Assembly (NCBI GenBank): GCA_050177605.1
Contig: JBFXGX010000040.1
Span: forward strand, 1 to 11,289
From: Candidatus Izemoplasmatales bacterium
Lineage (GTDB): Bacteria; Bacillota_I; Bacilli_A; Izemoplasmatales; Hujiaoplasmataceae
DNA: 11,289 nt
Direction of reading: 5' to 3'
In this document: positions 6,749-11,289 of the stretch, one piece after another
How the letters are laid out: the number at the start of each line of letters is the position of its first letter
Numbering within the stretch: the first letter of the stretch is position 1
The notes under the pieces: generated by a model
What the model was told of the DNA's origin: nothing
Databases searched by the model: none
Seen by the model: only the letters and a program-made list of their open reading frames with translations
Made by a program: the position numbers and the translations under genes

Positions 6749-8827
6749 ATGCATGATTCCATGTTAACAAAACTCTATAAGATATTATCAAAGAAAATAA
6801 ATAAAGGTCATATAAACTATACCGTTCCTGATATTTGGAATGCTTGGAATTACGATGGAGAAGAAATGAGGAAACTTCCATCGAATGAATTACTTGTGAA
6901 TCCTTATCGTTTCTATAGTCGTGTGATCGATCTTTATATTCAACCTAAAAAACAAGCAAAAAAAGATTATTCATTATCCCTTAGCAAAATAGAAAACAAA
7001 AAAGTATTGAAAGGCGAACTTGGTGGCGATTGGGTGAAGAAAAGTGTTCTTTACTCCACGATGATTCGTACTTCTGCTGCTTGGGACCATGATCGTTCCT
7101 ATTCCTTAGATTTATCCAATTTTGATTCATTAAGTGAAACAGGTTCATTCGTCAAAATGTTAGCGCTACTTCCTTTTCTTCAAAAAATGGGTGTTGACAC
7201 AGTTTATATGTTACCTATTTCACGATTTAGCCTAAAAGACAAAAAAGGTGAACTGGGTTCCCCTTATGGCGTTGCATCGTTTTATGATATCGATCCAACA
7301 TTAAAAGATAGTTTAACCGGTAATGAAATGACCGTGGAAGAAGAATTCCAAGCTTTTGTAGAAGCTTGTCATATTCTTGGTATGAGAGTCGTGATTGATA
7401 TTATTCCTCGTACAAATGCCGTTGTCAACGATTTAATGGTAGAACACCCTGATTGGTTTTATTGGATTAAAGCAAGTGAGTACGATAACTACAAAGTACC
7501 CTTTGTTGAAACCCTAGAAAATACACTTCCTCCTGATCCAAAATATATGAAAGATGTTTATGCTTCACCTGATGTGCAAAGACATATTCATATGTTCCAG
7601 CCTAACCCAAAAGAACAAAATGAAGCCAAATGGCTCGAAATAAAAAACAATAAAGAACTTGATTATGCCTTAGCCATTGAAAAGGAATTTGATCTTCGAA
7701 TCGCTCCGGCATTCTCCGATAATATCAATGATGTTCAACCACCTTGGACCGATGTAACATTTTTTAGAATGTATATGGATCACCCTGTTCAAACCGCGAA
7801 ATATTTAAAAGATAAATCAACACCTCCATATATTTTATTTGATACAATTAAATGTAATTTATATCAAGGAAAACAACCTAATACAGAGCTTTGGAACACG
7901 CTATCCGGAATGATTCCATTCTATCAAAGCCACTATGGAATTGATGGCGCTAGAATTGATATGGGCCATGCCCTTCCAAAAGAATTACTTGATTTGATTC
8001 TATCAAACGCAAGAAATGTTGACCCTGATTTTGCCTTCATCGCAGAAGAGTTAAGTACCGATCATGCGGATGCAGCGAAAGAGGCTGGATACAATATCAT
8101 CATCGGTAATGGATTCTGGATGGAACCAAGAATTTGGGAAAAGAAAATGCATAAATTTGTTTATGGTGCACCTGAAATTTCACTTCCGATGTTTGCTTGT
8201 GCTGAAACACATGATACCGCAAGAATTACTGGTAGAGACGGTGGCAGAACGTTAGCTAGAATGGTTACGGTTTTCAATATGTTACTTCCAAACTTAGTAC
8301 CATTCATTAACTCTGGTCAAGAACTATATGAAATTCAACCAATGAATACCGGGGTTGATTGTACTGAAAAAGACAAATATAATTTAGATCCAAGCGACAT
8401 GTTTTACGGAAAACTTGCATTGTTTGATAAGTTTGCATTTCATTATACTTCTCCTCTCCGCTGGGAACTTGCGGATCATTTAGATGGTATCAAGAATATC
8501 CGTGCCTCTTGGTTAGATCAAATCACCGATCTCAAGTTTTATGTTCCAATTTACTTTAATGAGTTTGATACACCTGTGATTGGAGTCTCATACTTTAATC
8601 CAAAAACAAACAAATGCTTACTCGTTGTTGGCAATACAAATCCATATCAAGACAGTGAATGCCATGCGACCCTTGAGACATTAAGAAAAAAATCTGGAAA
8701 TCAAAATCATTTTGGTAAGTTACTCTATGCGACTTATGAAATGGGAAGAGACTACCACGAATTTTCACCAAGTGGAGAAATCTACATCCACTTAGGCGCA
8801 GGCGAAGTGAAAATCATCGAATTATAA
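6749..8827 (+). CDS. GH13 alpha-amylase-family enzyme, probable maltodextrin glycosyltransferase (maltosyltransferase-like)
   Basis: Catalytic triad motifs GARIDMGH (D404), IAEEL (E433) and ETHD (D489). Segments KKG..GSPY, EEFQAFVEACHILGMRVVIDIIPRT, EHPDWFYWIK, FSDNINDVQPPWTDVTF, GHALPKELLDLI and GKLALFD match my recollection of T. maritima maltosyltransferase. No signal peptide. Confidence 0.85.
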   Translation: MHDSMLTKLYKILSKKINKGHINYTVPDIWNAWNYDGEEMRKLPSNELLVNPYRFYSRVIDLYIQPKKQAKKDYSLSLSKIENKKVLKGELGGDWVKKSVLYSTMIRTSAAWDHDRSYSLDLSNFDSLSETGSFVKMLALLPFLQKMGVDTVYMLPISRFSLKDKKGELGSPYGVASFYDIDPTLKDSLTGNEMTVEEEFQAFVEACHILGMRVVIDIIPRTNAVVNDLMVEHPDWFYWIKASEYDNYKVPFVETLENTLPPDPKYMKDVYASPDVQRHIHMFQPNPKEQNEAKWLEIKNNKELDYALAIEKEFDLRIAPAFSDNINDVQPPWTDVTFFRMYMDHPVQTAKYLKDKSTPPYILFDTIKCNLYQGKQPNTELWNTLSGMIPFYQSHYGIDGARIDMGHALPKELLDLILSNARNVDPDFAFIAEELSTDHADAAKEAGYNIIIGNGFWMEPRIWEKKMHKFVYGAPEISLPMFACAETHDTARITGRDGGRTLARMVTVFNMLLPNLVPFINSGQELYEIQPMNTGVDCTEKDKYNLDPSDMFYGKLALFDKFAFHYTSPLRWELADHLDGIKNIRASWLDQITDLKFYVPIYFNEFDTPVIGVSYFNPKTNKCLLVVGNTNPYQDSECHATLETLRKKSGNQNHFGKLLYATYEMGRDYHEFSPSGEIYIHLGAGEVKIIEL

Positions 8828-8830
8828 ATT

Positions 8831-8860
8831 AAAAGGACTTCATACGAAGTCCTTTTCTTT
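8831..8860. terminator. Bidirectional intrinsic terminator between the convergent GH13 and folT-like genes
   Basis: AAAAGGACTTC-ATAC-GAAGTCCTTTT (11-bp perfect inverted repeat) followed by CTTT, within the 36-nt gap between the two stop codons. Confidence 0.85.
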
Positions 8861-8863
8861 AGA

Positions 8864-9589
8864 TTAAATGGATAACTGTTTTCTGAGTCCGAGTAATTTT
8901 TCGACAATTACTGTGTATAGTAATACTTCGACAGGCATTTTAATGATACGAAGTGGAAGCTGCGCCCAAATTGAAACACCGTACAAATCTTGAACATAAA
9001 TCGGCGTCAAGACAAGAGAAGTGATTAAATAGAGGACCAGCACAATGAAGAACACTTTTTGAAATTCATTTTCCGTTTTGTGTACACGATAATGGTTTGA
9101 CGAAATAACAATGAGTAACGCACTCGAAAGCAATGCTAAACTAATGAATACGTATCGATAAAGATTTGTAAATGACGTATTCGCGCTAATCGCATTAATA
9201 TCAAAAATATACAAAACAGAAATCAACATAAATACGGAAACAATCGCTAAATTAACTGTAAAAAATACTGTAGGATTCGCTTTCTTCGTCAAACTGAGAA
9301 GAAATGCAGGAACGAACCCATAAAGCATTGCATTAAAAGTAAAGCCAAAATAGAATGCACCTCTGGTTGCGCCAAGCAATAACCATCCAATGATATCTGC
9401 GGCAGCACCAGCAAACACCCCATATTTTGGGCCAAAAACGATCGATACAAAGATAATCGGTACAAATCCAATCCCAAACTTGATGATGGAAGTGGATGGT
9501 GGATAATAAAAGGATAATAATTGATTGAGAATAACACTAATCGCAATCATTAGTCCGGTAAATATAATATTTCGTAATCGGTTATTCAA
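8864..9589 (-). CDS. folT: ECF transporter S component, folate (FolT) family-like
   Basis: N-terminal GLMIAISVIL, KFGIGFVPI...IVFGP..G...GAAADIIG, FYFGFTFNA, and C-terminal LYG......LPLRIIK. TTG start with SD AAGGAG overlapping the ung stop. The ECF S component call is fairly secure; folate specificity is inferred. Confidence 0.72.
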   Translation of the reverse strand: MNNRLRNIIFTGLMIAISVILNQLLSFYYPPSTSIIKFGIGFVPIIFVSIVFGPKYGVFAGAAADIIGWLLLGATRGAFYFGFTFNAMLYGFVPAFLLSLTKKANPTVFFTVNLAIVSVFMLISVLYIFDINAISANTSFTNLYRYVFISLALLSSALLIVISSNHYRVHKTENEFQKVFFIVLVLYLITSLVLTPIYVQDLYGVSIWAQLPLRIIKMPVEVLLYTVIVEKLLGLRKQLSI

Positions 9590-9602
9590 GTGTAAAATCT
9601 CC

Positions 9603-10262
9603 TTATAAAGTAAAATCTATCGGTTGTTGGGAAGTATTCATTAAAAATTGATTCACTTTAGAAAATGGTTTGGATCCATAAAAACCTCGATAAACAGATA
9701 AAGGAGAAGGATGTACATTTTCAATAACCAAATGATGGGGATTTGTAATGAACTTCTTCTTTGAACGAGCAAAACTACCCCAAAGAATAAAGACAATTGG
9801 TTTTTCTTTTTCGTTCAGAAGTTTGATGATTTCATCTGTCAAAATTTCCCAACCTTGATTTTGATGTGATAAAGGTTGATTTTGACGAACAGACAAAATC
9901 GAATTTAAGAGTAGAACGCCTTCTTCTGTCCATTTGGTAAGATCTCCACTTTTCGGTACTGGTATCCCTAAATCAGAGGATAACTCTTGGAAAATATTCC
10001 TCAGTGAAGGCGGTAATAAAACACCTTTAGGGACACTGAAAGCTAACCCCATCGCTTGACCCACTTGATGATAAGGGTCTTGTCCTAAAATGAGTACTTT
10101 TGTATCTTGATATGAAGTTTGACGAAGAGCATGAAACACTTGATTAATTGGTGGAAAACAAGTTGATGTTTCATATTCTTTGATGATATGTTCTGTTAAT
10201 TTTTTAAAATAATCTTTTTGAAACTCACTTTTTAATAGTAAGTCCCAATCATTGTTTAACAT
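9603..10262 (-). CDS. ung: Uracil-DNA glycosylase (family 1)
   Basis: KVLILGQDPYH, GLAFSV, PPSLRNIF, GVLLLN, VFILWG and HPSPLS motifs. I set the start at ATG 10262 (MLNNDW, 219 aa), which has SD GAGG upstream. Confidence 0.96.
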   Translation of the reverse strand: MLNNDWDLLLKSEFQKDYFKKLTEHIIKEYETSTCFPPINQVFHALRQTSYQDTKVLILGQDPYHQVGQAMGLAFSVPKGVLLPPSLRNIFQELSSDLGIPVPKSGDLTKWTEEGVLLLNSILSVRQNQPLSHQNQGWEILTDEIIKLLNEKEKPIVFILWGSFARSKKKFITNPHHLVIENVHPSPLSVYRGFYGSKPFSKVNQFLMNTSQQPIDFTL

Positions 10263-10446
10263 GAGTTTCCTCGATTTTAATGGTCTTTTTGATTGAACAA
10301 TCACCATTTGTACAAGCACCACAGCTTGAAAGATCTGATAAATCTTCACATCCTGGTGGCACACTCGTTTTTTCATTTATCGAATAACTCACAATATAAA
10401 CAACGACAATCAGAGCTAGAAGCCCAATGCCGATGACAAGTTCCAT
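10249..10446 (-). CDS. Small membrane-anchored Cys-rich protein (65 aa)
   Basis: N-terminal TM helix followed by C33-x8-C42-x2-C45-x4-C50. SD GAGGTG lies in the upstream gene's tail, the ATG abuts the upstream TAA, and the 3' end overlaps the ung start by 14 nt. Confidence 0.75.
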   Translation of the reverse strand: MELVIGIGLLALIVVVYIVSYSINEKTSVPPGCEDLSDLSSCGACTNGDCSIKKTIKIEETHVKQ

Positions 10447-11289
10447 TTATTTCACCTCTGGTATTTGATCAATCAAAGAAAGCACTTCTTTCTTGATTAG
10501 GGCGACAAATAATTTTGTTTCTTCAAGAGATTTTCCATTTCCACCAATATAGACTTTAAGTTTTGGCTCCGTGCCTGAAGGACGAAGAACAAACCAAGAT
10601 CCATTTTTTAAGAAATACTTAATCACATTTGATTTCGGTAGGGTAATCTCTGATTTTACTTCACCGCTCACACGTAAACCAAGTTCATAATCTTCCTTTT
10701 GAATGATTTCTTCTTTTGCGACTGTCGAAATATCAGCGTTTCTAAAAAATGACATGATTGATTCAATTCGTTTTTTACCAGCAATTCCAAATAATTCAAT
10801 ATTGACTAAATCTTCGACATAGTTTCCATAGATATCAAAAATATCATATAGTTTATCTACGAGTGATTTGTTTTCATTAACAAGATAATAATTCGCAGCT
10901 TCAATCGCAAATAGTAGGGCTTGAAGTGAATCTTTATCTCTTACTTCATCTTTGATGACATATCCATAAGATTCTTCATAGCCAAATAAAAACGATTTAT
11001 CGGTACCTTCCAAAAATCTCGCTTGTTCACCAATAAACTTGAATCCAGTTAAAGTAGAAATAACTTCAAATCCATATGAACGAGCAATTTTAGCGCCAAG
11101 ATCAGAGGTTACAACTGTATTGAAGACAACACCTCTCTCAGGTAATAGTCCTAATTTTTTCTTTTCACTAAGCAGATAATAAATTAAAATCGCGCCCGTT
11201 TGATTTCCTGTCAAGAGTTGATAATCTTCTCCTACTTTCACAGCAATTCCAAGACGGTCTGCATCAGGGTCAGTCGCAATTAACAAATC
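10447..11289 (-). CDS. Phospho-sugar mutase (phosphoglucomutase/phosphomannomutase family), C-terminal part, 5'-truncated by the window edge
   Basis: Metal-binding ATDPDADR, LTGFKFIG, sugar-binding GYEESYG, VRDKD and phosphate-binding RPSGTEPKLKVY. The frame is open to base 11289 and the catalytic Ser loop lies outside the window. Confidence 0.92.
   Translation of the reverse strand, partial: DLLIATDPDADRLGIAVKVGEDYQLLTGNQTGAILIYYLLSEKKKLGLLPERGVVFNTVVTSDLGAKIARSYGFEVISTLTGFKFIGEQARFLEGTDKSFLFGYEESYGYVIKDEVRDKDSLQALLFAIEAANYYLVNENKSLVDKLYDIFDIYGNYVEDLVNIELFGIAGKKRIESIMSFFRNADISTVAKEEIIQKEDYELGLRVSGEVKSEITLPKSNVIKYFLKNGSWFVLRPSGTEPKLKVYIGGNGKSLEETKLFVALIKKEVLSLIDQIPEVK

Noticed and set aside
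5240..6881. ORFs 5240..5518 (+), 5911..6099 (-), 6376..6657 (+), 6515..6703 (+) and 6690..6881 (-)
   Set aside because: They overlap gpmI or the GH13 gene in other frames or strands, and their lengths are compatible with chance.
8064..9546. ORFs 8064..8255 (+) and 9289..9546 (-)
   Set aside because: Off-frame ORFs nested within the GH13 and folT-like genes with no supporting motifs.
10263..10376. 38-aa N-terminal extension of Ung in the ORF track
   Set aside because: It overlaps the better supported 65-aa gene. Ung-like sequence begins at MLNNDW, which has its own SD and gives a typical length of 219 aa.
11284..11286. TTG 11286 as the start of a 279-aa protein or a pseudogene
   Set aside because: The frame stays open to the window edge, so this is a window truncation of a longer mutase.

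Overview
AT-rich, gene-dense housekeeping region that reads cleanly in the standard bacterial code. The lineage is probably a low-GC Bacilli/Mollicutes group such as Acholeplasmatales, Izemoplasmatales or Erysipelotrichales (inference only). On the minus strand, right to left, are two runs: (1) a partial phospho-sugar mutase, a 65-aa Cys-rich membrane protein, ung and a FolT-like ECF S component; (2) gpmI, a 151-aa membrane protein, eno, secG, rnr, smpB and ssrA (tmRNA, ending in CCA exactly at base 1). The only plus-strand gene is a GH13 enzyme resembling Thermotoga maritima maltosyltransferase, divergent from gpmI. I see no mobile element, CRISPR array or defence system. Best leads: a cre/LacI-like palindrome exactly 38 nt from each of two divergent TATAAT boxes; the maltosyltransferase-type GH13 with a canonical region IV His; a translationally coupled Cys-rich microprotein-ung-folT unit; and a terminator between secG and rnr. 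All are hypotheses and none establishes a new system.
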